From: Candidatus Omnitrophota bacterium
GTDB lineage: Bacteria; Omnitrophota; Gorgyraeia; S143-82
NCBI GenBank assembly: GCA_015494465.1
Contig: WGBD01000008.1
Coordinates: 3,485-67,484, forward strand
Length of the DNA: 64,000 nucleotides
Reading direction: 5' to 3'
Shown here: in pieces, positions 7,288 through 16,576 of the stretch
Numbering within the stretch: position 1 is the stretch's first letter
Layout: the number at the start of each line of letters is the position of its first letter
Made by a program: the position numbers and the translations under genes
Notes under the pieces: model-generated
What the model was told of the DNA's origin: nothing
The model's database searches: none
What the model saw: only the letters and a program-made list of their open reading frames with translations

Positions 7288-10017
7288 TCACTGGGAAAAG
7301 GCTATGCCAAATCTGTTCTGGTGATCCTCTTTAAGTGAATGGGCCAGGTAGACCCTCACCTGCCCCAGGCCGAGGTTGGACAAGAAAGACAAGTGGAGCC
7401 TTAGCCCCACACCCACCTCTGCGTACTCCTCCCCCTCGGAATAGCTCGAGTCCCATCCCGACCCTAAGGTGAAGAAGGCGTTGAGGTCCACCCTATCCAG
7501 ATCCACCCAGCCAGTCCTATAGCCATCCGCAGACGAATTCCACAACGGATAGAAGAGATCCAGTCCCGCCCAGGCCTGGTTGGCGTACTCCAGGCTCTCC
7601 TTCCGATAGCTCCTCATCGCCTCTTTACCTCCCAAGTAGAACATCGGATGATCCTCTTCGTCGGAAAGGCCGAGACATCCCCTAATACCCAACTCTAAAG
7701 GACCAAAGCGATAAGCAGAATCCAACCTCACCCAACCCCGGAGAAAGTCGGTCTCCCCAGATAAGAAGTGTCCACCTTTCTCGATACCTAATTGCCACCT
7801 CACCGGTCCAACCTCCTTCTCCAGGGCCAACCCCAGGTAGGCAAAGTCCTGTTCGGAGTAATAGACCCCCGAGTAGGGCTTCTGCCTCCACTCCCTGCCC
7901 AGGTAGAGGCGCAGGTTATCCCCCCGTTTGAAGGGATTGGCGGGAGGGAGTCCTAGATCCAGTTTTAGGTAGAGGTTCAGCTTGCGATGGAGGATGTCCG
8001 ACTCGTATATGTCGTCGTAAACATAGTTCAGTCCCAGCTCCAGCCACTTGCCGAAGAGGGCGGGCTTGCTAAAGTCAAAAAGATACGCCCTTTCACCCCC
8101 CGAGGGATCGTTTACCACTCCAGCAGACATCTTGAACTCGGTGGACGGGTTTACATAACTCAGCTTTCCTCCCACGCCCATCTGGTTGGCATAGGCACCC
8201 AAGCGCAGGGTGGCAGAGGGGTTGACCACTGGCAGGGAGTAGAGGAAGTGGTTCAACAAGGAGACCTTCTTCTCCACTGCCTTCCAGCGAGGATAGGTGT
8301 TGTCGTCCTCGTTTACCTCTAGGACCTCGTCGTCGGGATCCAGGACCGCCAGATCTACATCCTCCACTGGCAGAGAAAGGCCCTCACCATTCGAGATCCT
8401 CTTATCGATCACACCCCTCGAGTAGGTCTTCACCTTTACCTTCACCCCTCCCGGAGGCTCTGGGCCTTCCCTTACCAGGAGCAACCTTCCGTCCTCCCGT
8501 CTCCAGGAGTAATTCACCGCCTTATCCGAGAGGTAAAAATCCAGCGTACGGACCGCCTCATCCCCAAGGGACTGTCTTAGCAAGGCCCTGAAGTCCTTCA
8601 GGTGGGCGATCTTGCCTCGATAGGTGGAAAAGTACCTGCGCATCAGCTCGTGGAGCCTATCCCTGCCGAACCTCCGAGCCAGGATCTCCAAGGCCCGCTC
8701 TCCTTTACCGTAGGCGATGGCGAAGATCAACGAGGGCTCCTTGAACTTCCCGATCTCCCCCACTGCGGAGATTCGCTTGCCTCTCAGGGTCAGGTACCGC
8801 CACTTGTATATCCCCGACTGGGAGAAGGTGAAGTTGGGCATCACCCAGGACAACGGCTTGGGCAGGACCAACACCTCCGGATCTGGACCGTAGCGCCAGC
8901 GCAGGTACTGGCTCACCCAGTAGGAGTTTATCCCCTCGTCCATCCAGGTCTCTTTGTACTCGTCGGATCCAACCTGGTTATACCACCACTGGTGGCCTAG
9001 CTCGTGAACGACCAGGAATTCCTGATAGCGCTGGAGGACGAAGGGAAGGTCGTACACCCGCCGGTCCAACATTATCCCACAGCTGGTCTCGTTGCCTCCG
9101 TATCCGAGGTAGATGGGGATAACCGACAATTGAGGATAGGGATAAGGTCCTATCTCCCCAGAGAAGAATTCTAACCCCCGCTTGACTATCTGGGCGATCC
9201 CTTTCGCCTTCTCCAGCCTGTTCCCGATGTAATACACCAGGATCTTTACCCCGTCGTAGGCATCCTCGTAGACCCGGTACTTACTGGAAAACGCCAAATA
9301 AAAGTCCCGCAGGTAGCCTTCACCGGAGAAGTGCCAGGTAACCGATGCAGGATCCTCTCCCTCCTCTGGTCTGCTCGGCAAAGAGCCGGCAGGGACAAAC
9401 GATTTCGGCAGGCTCACCTTCACATCGTAGTGGGCCCACTGGCTTATGTAGGGCTGGTGGACCTTCAGGTCGGGATAGTCCAGGTACTTCCCGTTTTCGT
9501 AGACCGAAAGGATAGGGTAGAAACGGTAAAGGCTGTAGATCCCGTCCATCCTGCCGAATCGCCCCACCCTCCTGGGGATGTAGCACCAGAAGCGGATCTT
9601 TATCCGAATCCGTTCCGCAGGCAGGGCCCTGGTCTTCAAGACGAGGACGGTCTCGTCCTCCCCCCGGAACTCGAACGGGACCGCCTCCCCGTTTACCCGG
9701 ACCTCCTCTATCCCCGCCCGATTGGGATCGAACTTACCCCCAAAGGGATCCTCCACCGCAAAGTACTCTGCGTACCTGCGGTAGGCCTGGATCTCCTCTT
9801 CACTCCAGCGGTGATGGGGATAGAAGTGCAGGTGAACCTCCTTCAAGGTCTCCGCCCCAGGGGAGAAGCTTATGTCTTCCGCACAGTGTATCGCGTTCTC
9901 TTGGGTATCGAACCTGCAGACCAGGCGATAGTCGATGTCCGAGAAGTAGGCCTGGGCAAGAGGACCAATCCAGTTCACCAACAGGAATCCGAGTAGGATT
10001 ACTCCTTTTCTTCCCAT
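7288..10017 (-). CDS. M1-family zinc aminopeptidase domain fused to a C-terminal Omp85/D15-type outer-membrane beta-barrel-like domain, preceded by a signal peptide
   Basis: A gluzincin HEXXH motif (VVHELGHQWWYNQVG) plus a downstream WMDEG glutamate mark an M1 peptidase. The C-terminal 350 aa show alternating amphipathic beta strands and an Omp85-like FYLGGKEAMRSYRKES (GG..S.RGY) motif. The N-terminus MGRKGVILLGFLLVNWIGPLAQA is a signal peptide. Confidence 0.6.
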   Translation of the reverse strand: MGRKGVILLGFLLVNWIGPLAQAYFSDIDYRLVCRFDTQENAIHCAEDISFSPGAETLKEVHLHFYPHHRWSEEEIQAYRRYAEYFAVEDPFGGKFDPNRAGIEEVRVNGEAVPFEFRGEDETVLVLKTRALPAERIRIKIRFWCYIPRRVGRFGRMDGIYSLYRFYPILSVYENGKYLDYPDLKVHQPYISQWAHYDVKVSLPKSFVPAGSLPSRPEEGEDPASVTWHFSGEGYLRDFYLAFSSKYRVYEDAYDGVKILVYYIGNRLEKAKGIAQIVKRGLEFFSGEIGPYPYPQLSVIPIYLGYGGNETSCGIMLDRRVYDLPFVLQRYQEFLVVHELGHQWWYNQVGSDEYKETWMDEGINSYWVSQYLRWRYGPDPEVLVLPKPLSWVMPNFTFSQSGIYKWRYLTLRGKRISAVGEIGKFKEPSLIFAIAYGKGERALEILARRFGRDRLHELMRRYFSTYRGKIAHLKDFRALLRQSLGDEAVRTLDFYLSDKAVNYSWRREDGRLLLVREGPEPPGGVKVKVKTYSRGVIDKRISNGEGLSLPVEDVDLAVLDPDDEVLEVNEDDNTYPRWKAVEKKVSLLNHFLYSLPVVNPSATLRLGAYANQMGVGGKLSYVNPSTEFKMSAGVVNDPSGGERAYLFDFSKPALFGKWLELGLNYVYDDIYESDILHRKLNLYLKLDLGLPPANPFKRGDNLRLYLGREWRQKPYSGVYYSEQDFAYLGLALEKEVGPVRWQLGIEKGGHFLSGETDFLRGWVRLDSAYRFGPLELGIRGCLGLSDEEDHPMFYLGGKEAMRSYRKESLEYANQAWAGLDLFYPLWNSSADGYRTGWVDLDRVDLNAFFTLGSGWDSSYSEGEEYAEVGVGLRLHLSFLSNLGLGQVRVYLAHSLKEDHQNRFGIAFSQ

Positions 10018-11270
10018 AGCTCAGCTCCTAATCCTTTGAGCTTTTCCTTTAGGCGTTCGTATCCCCTTTCCAGGTGGTATATGCGGGATATGTCCGTCCT
10101 GCCCTTGGCGGACAGACCTGCCAAGACCAGGGCTGCCGAGGCCCGCAGGTCGGAGGCCATGACCGGGGCCCCCTTGAGGTGGCGGACCCCCTGGACCACT
10201 GCGTAAGGCCCTTCCCTCTTAATGTTTGCGCCCATGCGGTTGAGCTCCGGGACATGCATAAACCTGTCGGGATAGATCCGCTCGGTGATGACGCTGGTCC
10301 CGTCCGCGATGGACATCATCGCCATGAACTGGGCCTGTAGGTCGGTGGGGAATCCAGGATAAGGCAGGGTAGCTACATTCTGAGAGATTATCCTTCGCTT
10401 GCCCTTTACCCGTATCCTGCCGTCTCTGTACACCTTCAACCCCACACCTGTGCGCTTCAAGAGGTCCAGAACCGCCCCCAGGTGCTGGGGATCGGCTCCC
10501 TTCAGCACCACATCACCCCGGGTCATCGCCCCAGCGATGAGGAATGTACCCGCCTCTATCCTGTCGGGTATGACGGTGTGTTCTGCCCCGGTAAGCCTTT
10601 TTACCCCCTCTATGCGGATCCAAGGCGTGCCAGCCCCCGAGATCTTGGCCCCCATCTTGTTCAAGAATCGGGCGAGGTCCTCTATCTCCGGCTCGCAGGC
10701 AGCGTTCTCTATGATCGTCACCCCATCCGCAAGGGTGCTGGCCATCATCACATTGGCGGTGGCCAAGACCGAAGAACCGAACATACCCCCGAGGTATATC
10801 TTCGCCCCCTTCAGTCCCCGCGTCGAGGCTATCACATACCCGCCCTCAACCTTTATCTGGGCCCCTAGCTCCGCCAGGCCCTTAAGATGCAGGTCCACCG
10901 GCCGGACCCCTATCACGCACCCACCGGGTAGAGAGACCTGTGCCCGCTTGTGTCGGGCCAACAGCGGACCCAACACGCAGAAGGACCCCCGCATGGTCCG
11001 GACTATGGAATAAGGGGCAAGGGTCTTCTTCGCCCTCCTAGGGGTAATGGTCAGGGTCGGGTAGTCCTCCTTCACCTCCATGCCCAAGACCCGCAGGAGC
11101 CGAGCCATGGTCTCTACATCCTTTAATCTGGGAACATTGTGGAGAACGCACCTCTCCTGGGCCAGCAGGGCTCCGGCCATGATGGGTAAGGTCGCGTTCT
11201 TGGAGCCGCTTATCTGGACCTCACCCGAGAGCCTTACCGGACCCACCAGTACCAACTTCCTTATCTTCAT
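9999..11270 (-). CDS. murA: UDP-N-acetylglucosamine 1-carboxyvinyltransferase
   Basis: Full-length similarity to MurA (KLVLVGPVRLSGEVQISGSKNATLPIMAGALL; active-site region around Cys; 423 aa). Confidence 0.93.
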   Translation of the reverse strand: MKIRKLVLVGPVRLSGEVQISGSKNATLPIMAGALLAQERCVLHNVPRLKDVETMARLLRVLGMEVKEDYPTLTITPRRAKKTLAPYSIVRTMRGSFCVLGPLLARHKRAQVSLPGGCVIGVRPVDLHLKGLAELGAQIKVEGGYVIASTRGLKGAKIYLGGMFGSSVLATANVMMASTLADGVTIIENAACEPEIEDLARFLNKMGAKISGAGTPWIRIEGVKRLTGAEHTVIPDRIEAGTFLIAGAMTRGDVVLKGADPQHLGAVLDLLKRTGVGLKVYRDGRIRVKGKRRIISQNVATLPYPGFPTDLQAQFMAMMSIADGTSVITERIYPDRFMHVPELNRMGANIKREGPYAVVQGVRHLKGAPVMASDLRASAALVLAGLSAKGRTDISRIYHLERGYERLKEKLKGLGAELWEEKE

Positions 11271-11797
11271 ATCTCAACCACCACCGGAAACCCTTCTACC
11301 ACGAATTCGTAGATCGCCTCTGGGCCAAGCTCGGGATAGGCAACCACCTGGGCCCTCACCACCCTCTGGGCCAGATAGGCCCCTGCCCCTCCAGGGGCGA
11401 TCAGGTAGCGGATCCCCGCCTTCTTAAAGGTCCTGCCCGCAGACGGCGAACGCTCGCCCTTGCCTATCAGGCCCACCACCCCCAGTTTCTCCATCACATC
11501 CGCGTACTTATCCATTCGATAGGAACTGGTGGGACCGCAAGAGCCCACGACCATCCCCTCAGGCGCAGGGGTTGGCCCGCAGTAGTAGATCACCTTTCCC
11601 CGGAGGTCGATGGGCGGTTCCCCTCGGGACAGATCCTCTCTCAACCTACGATGGGCCTGATCCCGGGCGGTGTACAACGGGCCGTCCAGCAAGAGCAGAT
11701 CTCCCTTTCGCGCGGACCTCAAGGCCTTTATCCCCTCTGGGCTCCTCAGGTCTATCCTCCTCACATCAGCACCTCTCCCCAGCGAGTGGAATGACAA
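11267..11797 (-). CDS. Fe-S hydro-lyase (class I fumarate hydratase / L(+)-tartrate dehydratase family), beta subunit
   Basis: The motif VIYYCGPTPAPEGMVVGSCGPTSSYRMD is typical of the FumB/TtdB beta subunit. It overlaps the alpha-subunit gene in an operon. Confidence 0.85.
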   Translation of the reverse strand: MSFHSLGRGADVRRIDLRSPEGIKALRSARKGDLLLLDGPLYTARDQAHRRLREDLSRGEPPIDLRGKVIYYCGPTPAPEGMVVGSCGPTSSYRMDKYADVMEKLGVVGLIGKGERSPSAGRTFKKAGIRYLIAPGGAGAYLAQRVVRAQVVAYPELGPEAIYEFVVEGFPVVVEI

Positions 11798-12594
11798 CCG
11801 ATGTTTACGCCTACCGGGAGGCCCGCTATGTGGGTGGGGGCAGAGAGGATGTTCACCCCCAACACGGTCGGGCCTTCCCCTAGGCCCAATACGCCTATAC
11901 CCAATCGATTCGCCTTCTCCTTTATATCTCGGGCCAGCTCGGGGTACTCACCCCGGTAAGGCCCGTCTATCCTCAGGCACAGCGCCCTCTTGGCCAGGGA
12001 CATCGCCCTATCCGAGGTCCCGCCTATCCCAACTCCCACCACGAAGGGGGGACAGGCAGAGGCACCCGCAGAGCCTATAGTAGATACCACCGCATCCACT
12101 ATCTCCTCCCTTTTGGCAGTGGGCAGGAGCATGTGGAGGCGAGACTTGTTTTCACTGCCGAAGCCCTTGGCCAGGACCACTATACGGGTGCGTTTGCGCC
12201 TAGTGGGCTCCAGGTGTATCAAGGCAGGCGCCCACCCAGGGGGCGTGCGCTCCACTGGATCCCTCACTACCGACGGGCGCAGGTGGGCGTCCTTGTAGGC
12301 CCTCTCCACTGCCCGATTTACCTCTCCCACCAGATCGCCCTGGATGCAGGTGTCTTTCCCTAATTCAACGAAGACGATTACCAGCCCAGTGTCCTGGCAG
12401 AGCGGAAGTCCGGTCTTGCGGGCTATCCGGGCATTCTCGATGAGGGCGGACAAGAAGACCCGAGCGGATTCGGATCTCACTTCGGCAAGGGCCGACTGCA
12501 ATGCCCTGCGTATGTCGGGCCGGATGCAGGTGTTGACCTTTACGCAAAGCTCGTATACCTTCCCCGCAACATCCTTGGCCCGTAATCGTCTCAT
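11761..12594 (-). CDS. Fe-S hydro-lyase (class I fumarate hydratase / tartrate dehydratase family), alpha subunit
   Basis: LPLCQDTGLVIVFVELG and the Cys ligands match the FumA/TtdA alpha subunit. It lies immediately upstream of, and overlaps, the beta-subunit gene. Confidence 0.85.
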   Translation of the reverse strand: MRRLRAKDVAGKVYELCVKVNTCIRPDIRRALQSALAEVRSESARVFLSALIENARIARKTGLPLCQDTGLVIVFVELGKDTCIQGDLVGEVNRAVERAYKDAHLRPSVVRDPVERTPPGWAPALIHLEPTRRKRTRIVVLAKGFGSENKSRLHMLLPTAKREEIVDAVVSTIGSAGASACPPFVVGVGIGGTSDRAMSLAKRALCLRIDGPYRGEYPELARDIKEKANRLGIGVLGLGEGPTVLGVNILSAPTHIAGLPVGVNIGCHSTRWGEVLM

Positions 12595-12600
12595 CGAAAA

Positions 12601-13746
12601 CTACACGCCTGCCTTTTCCCTCAAGAGCTCCACCTTGTCGGTCCGCTCCCAAGTAAACTCCGGCAGTTCCCTCCCGAAGTGCCCGTAAGCGGAGGTCTTG
12701 TAGTAGATCGGCCTCAACAGGTCCAGGGTCTGGATTATACCCCTGGGAGTGAGGTCGAAGACCTCGTTTATTATCTCGACGATCCTCTCCTCGGGAATCT
12801 TACCCGTGCCGAAGGTGTTAACCATCACCGAAAGGGGCCTGGCCACGCCTATCACATAGGCGAATTGGACCTCACACCTGTCCGCTATCCCCGAAGCGAC
12901 GATGTTCTTGGCGACATATCTGGCCATGTAGGCCCCAGACCGGTCCACCTTCGTGGGGTCCTTGCCAGAAAAGCACCCCCCTCCGTGGCGCCCCATCCCC
13001 CCGTATGTATCCACTATCACCTTGCGCCCGGTGAGACCGGTATCCGCAGCCGGCCCACCGATCTCAAACCTGCCGGTGGCATTGATGTGTATCTCGAGGG
13101 TGGCGGGATCGTACATCTCTCCAGGCAAGACCTGGTAGATGACCTCCCTTTTTATGTCCTCGCGGAGTTGTTCTATGTCGATCCCCGGGGCGTGGTGGGC
13201 ACTGACCACCACATTCACTATCCTAACTGGGCGGTAACCCTCGTACTCTACCGTCACTTGGGTCTTTCCGTCCGGTCGCAGGTAATTTAGAATACCCTGC
13301 TTGCGCACCTCGGTAAGGCGCATGGCCAACCTGTGGGCCAGATATATGGGCATGGGCATGAGCACATCGGTCTCGTTGCAGGCGAAACCGAACATCATAC
13401 CCTGATCTCCCGCCCCACCGGTGTCTACTCCCATCGCGATGTCCGGGGACTGCCTCTGAATTGCCAACACGATCCCAGAGTTGTCCGCAGAGAAACCCGT
13501 CTCCTCAGAGGTGTAACCTATGTCCCGCAAGGCCCCCCTGGCGGTCTCGATTATGTCCACCGTGGCATTGCTGGTGATCTCACCGGCTATTATCCCGAAT
13601 CCTCTGGTCAACAGGACCTCGCAGGCTACCCTGCTGTTGGGGTCCTGGGATATGTATCCGTCCAGGATCGCATCCGATATCTTGTCCGCCACCTTATCCG
13701 GATGCCCCTCAGTAACCGACTCCGAGGTAAAGAGAAACCTGCTCAT
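12601..13746 (-). CDS. metK: S-adenosylmethionine synthetase
   Basis: [42 protein letters not shown] and other MetK signatures; 381 aa. Confidence 0.95.
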   Translation of the reverse strand: MSRFLFTSESVTEGHPDKVADKISDAILDGYISQDPNSRVACEVLLTRGFGIIAGEITSNATVDIIETARGALRDIGYTSEETGFSADNSGIVLAIQRQSPDIAMGVDTGGAGDQGMMFGFACNETDVLMPMPIYLAHRLAMRLTEVRKQGILNYLRPDGKTQVTVEYEGYRPVRIVNVVVSAHHAPGIDIEQLREDIKREVIYQVLPGEMYDPATLEIHINATGRFEIGGPAADTGLTGRKVIVDTYGGMGRHGGGCFSGKDPTKVDRSGAYMARYVAKNIVASGIADRCEVQFAYVIGVARPLSVMVNTFGTGKIPEERIVEIINEVFDLTPRGIIQTLDLLRPIYYKTSAYGHFGRELPEFTWERTDKVELLREKAGV

Positions 13747-14489
13747 CGCCCCCTCCTTTTGGTGAAGTAGTCGTTGGCCTCTTCATAGGCCTCTAGCGAA
13801 CCTATGTCAAACCACCTCCCCTTGAACACATAACCGACGACCTCGTCGGTCTCCACCAAGAACTTCAAGAAGTTTCCTATCGCATCCCTTGGCCGGCTCT
13901 CGTCTGCCCAGTAGTCGTAGACCTTGGAGATCTTTCCTTCTGGGAAAAAGTAAAGGCACATCCCTATCAGGGAACTCTTCGGATGGTCAGGCTTTTCTTC
14001 GAAGCCAATCACCCTTCCACCTCCACCAAGCTCCACCACACCAAACGACTTGGCCTTTTCCAGAGAACCTATGTCGTAGACCCCCAGCCCGATGGCAGAC
14101 CTACTCCGGGCAAACTCCACGAAGCCCTTCAGGGAGTCCTCCCAGATGTTGTCTCCACCTGCTACCAAGACCTCCCCCGAGATCTCGCGACTGTCAAGGG
14201 CAAACTTAAGATCCCCGATCGCCCCCAAGCGATCCTCGTTGGTAGTGGAACCGTCGTCGAGGACCACCAATCCGGGATAACTCTTTTCCTCCTGCCAGCG
14301 CAGAAAGTGCTGGTAAAACCTGTGGTTGGCGACCAGCACGACCTCCTCTATGTCCAGGCTGGAATAGAGGTCGTCGAGAAGGTACTCTATTATCGGTCGA
14401 CCCGCCACCGGAAGCAACGGCTTGGGGGTGTTCTCCGTCAAGGGACGCAACCTAGTACCGTATCCTGCGCACAAGAGTATCACCTTCAT
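13743..14489 (-). CDS. Sugar-phosphate nucleotidyltransferase (NTP-transferase family)
   Basis: The N-terminal motif [30 protein letters not shown] is the G-x-G-T-R-L signature of sugar nucleotidyltransferases. The gene is translationally coupled (ATGA) to metK. Confidence 0.8.
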   Translation of the reverse strand: MKVILLCAGYGTRLRPLTENTPKPLLPVAGRPIIEYLLDDLYSSLDIEEVVLVANHRFYQHFLRWQEEKSYPGLVVLDDGSTTNEDRLGAIGDLKFALDSREISGEVLVAGGDNIWEDSLKGFVEFARSRSAIGLGVYDIGSLEKAKSFGVVELGGGGRVIGFEEKPDHPKSSLIGMCLYFFPEGKISKVYDYWADESRPRDAIGNFLKFLVETDEVVGYVFKGRWFDIGSLEAYEEANDYFTKRRGR

Positions 14490-14492
14490 GGA

Positions 14493-16301
14493 CTACTTCC
14501 TCTTCTTGAGCCAGGGAGAGACATCCCTCAGCTCACAGACCGTATCCTTTAGACACCGATTCAGGAGGCCATCTAGGGTAGAGGTGAGATACTCCTCCAC
14601 CTCGTCCGCTGAACCCTTGGATAAGGCCTCCTCTGCCACCTTCTTTGCCTCTTCGTAGGTGACATTCCTTATGACATACTTTATCTTAGGCACTGAGATG
14701 GGCGGGGCGCTGAACTCGTCCAGGCCCAGCCCCAACAGCAAGACCACCAACGGCAGTTCGCCTGCCATCTCCCCGCACATACCCACCCATATCCCGTTGG
14801 CGTGGGCGTTGTCTATGGTAAGTTTGATCAGGCGCAGGATGGCCAAGTGGGTGGGACGGTAGAGATAGGCAACCTTCTCGTTCGCTCGATCTACCGCGAG
14901 GGTGTACTGGACCAGATCGTTGGTCCCTATGCTGAAGAAGTCCACCTCCTTGGCCAAGAGGTCCGAGGTAACCGCAGCCGAGGGAACCTCTATCATCGCC
15001 CCTATCTCTATGTCCTTGTCGTAATCGATCTTTTTACGAGAGAGCTCCCGTTTTACCTCTGCCAGGATCTTCTTGGCGGAATGGAGCTCCTCGATGCAAG
15101 ATATCATCGGGAACATCAACTTCACATTACCGTAAGCGCTGGCCCGCAAGATCGCCCTCAACTGGACCTTGAAGATGTCGGGACGGGCCAGACAGAACCT
15201 TATCGCCCGCCATCCCAAAAAGGAGTGCATCTCTTGGGGCATGTCTATCTGGGACAGGAACTTGTCTCCCCCTATGTCCAAGGTCCGTATTATCACTGGA
15301 TTGGGTTTCAGACGCTCTGCGATGTGTCTGTAGACCTCAAACTGTTCTTCCTCTGAGGGCAGGTCCTGACGACCCATGTAGAGGAACTCGGTGCGGAACA
15401 GTCCAACCCCTTCTGCGTGGTGACTGATCACCGATTCCACCTCGGAAGGGAATTCCATGTTTGCGGAAACGGTCACCCTCCTACCGTCGAGGGTCTCCGC
15501 GGGGAGGTCCCCTAACATGCTCTCCAATTGGCGCACGGAGACCAGCGTCTTGTCCTTCTCCTTCTGGTAGCGTTGGAGAGTCTTGGAGTCGGGATTTATT
15601 ATTACCTTCCCTTCGTCACCGTCGACGATGAGGAGGTCCCCCGGTTTTATAACCCGGGTGGCTATCCCCAGACCCACAACCGCGGGTATCTCTAGAGACT
15701 TGGCTATGATTGCGGTGTGGGAGGTCTTACCACCTATGTCAGTGATAAAGGCCAGGAGGTTTTCCTTGGACATGGTGGCGGTATCCGAAGGGGATAGATC
15801 GTGGGCCACAAGAATAGACGGCTCAGGGAGCTCCAAGACATGGCCTTTGTCCTGCTCTAGGAGGTGCTTGAGTATCCTCTTGCCCACATCACTGATGTCC
15901 GCGGTCCTCTCTCGGATGTAGTCGTCTTCCATCTGGGAGAAGGCGTTTATGTACTTCTTAAGGACCTGAGAGAAGATGTATTCCACACAGAGCTTCTTCT
16001 TCTTGAGCTCGTTTATCACCTCCTCTATGAGCATCCTGTCCTCTAAGAGCAAGAGGTGGGCCTCAAATATCTTAGCGGAAGAGGCCCCTTTCTTGGCAAG
16101 GGACTTCTGCAGTTCCATTATCTCCTTGCGGGTCTTTATAAGGGCCTCTTCAAAACGGGCGAGTTCCTTGGGGATGTCTTCCTCTCGGATCTTTCGACGA
16201 TATATAACGAACTCCGGCCTGCCGTAGAGATAGGCAGGACCTATCGCTATCCCGGGCGATGCAGGTATGCCTTCTAAGACTCTATTCTGTTGGGTCTTCA
16301 T
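14493..16301 (-). CDS. ptsI: Phosphoenolpyruvate-protein phosphotransferase (PTS enzyme I)
   Basis: The active-site histidine region GGKTSHTAIIAKSLEIPAVVG and the PEP-utilising C-terminal domain; 602 aa. It overlaps the HPr gene. Confidence 0.92.
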   Translation of the reverse strand: MKTQQNRVLEGIPASPGIAIGPAYLYGRPEFVIYRRKIREEDIPKELARFEEALIKTRKEIMELQKSLAKKGASSAKIFEAHLLLLEDRMLIEEVINELKKKKLCVEYIFSQVLKKYINAFSQMEDDYIRERTADISDVGKRILKHLLEQDKGHVLELPEPSILVAHDLSPSDTATMSKENLLAFITDIGGKTSHTAIIAKSLEIPAVVGLGIATRVIKPGDLLIVDGDEGKVIINPDSKTLQRYQKEKDKTLVSVRQLESMLGDLPAETLDGRRVTVSANMEFPSEVESVISHHAEGVGLFRTEFLYMGRQDLPSEEEQFEVYRHIAERLKPNPVIIRTLDIGGDKFLSQIDMPQEMHSFLGWRAIRFCLARPDIFKVQLRAILRASAYGNVKLMFPMISCIEELHSAKKILAEVKRELSRKKIDYDKDIEIGAMIEVPSAAVTSDLLAKEVDFFSIGTNDLVQYTLAVDRANEKVAYLYRPTHLAILRLIKLTIDNAHANGIWVGMCGEMAGELPLVVLLLGLGLDEFSAPPISVPKIKYVIRNVTYEEAKKVAEEALSKGSADEVEEYLTSTLDGLLNRCLKDTVCELRDVSPWLKKRK

Positions 16302-16551
16302 TTTCCAGTAATTGCTGTATCTCCTCCATCGCAGACTCTGCAGATTCCCCTTCCACGGTCACCCGAACTACCGATCCCTTGCCCGCTTCCAGCATCAGGA
16401 TCCCCATTATAGACTTCCCGTCGACTACGGTATTCCCCTTCTGCAGGGTAACATCTACCCCGTGCTTATTGGCTATCTGCACCAATAAGGCCGCTGGTCG
16501 GGCGTGAAGCCCTTGAGGGTTCTTTATTTTTATGTCCTTTTGTATTTTCAC
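16282..16551 (-). CDS. ptsH: Phosphocarrier protein HPr
   Basis: An 89-aa protein with the HPr fold signature (NPQGLHARPAALLV; active His15 context), immediately upstream of ptsI. Confidence 0.9.
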   Translation of the reverse strand: MKIQKDIKIKNPQGLHARPAALLVQIANKHGVDVTLQKGNTVVDGKSIMGILMLEAGKGSVVRVTVEGESAESAMEEIQQLLENEDPTE

Positions 16552-16576
16552 CGTTAATGGTGTCCTACCTCACTGG

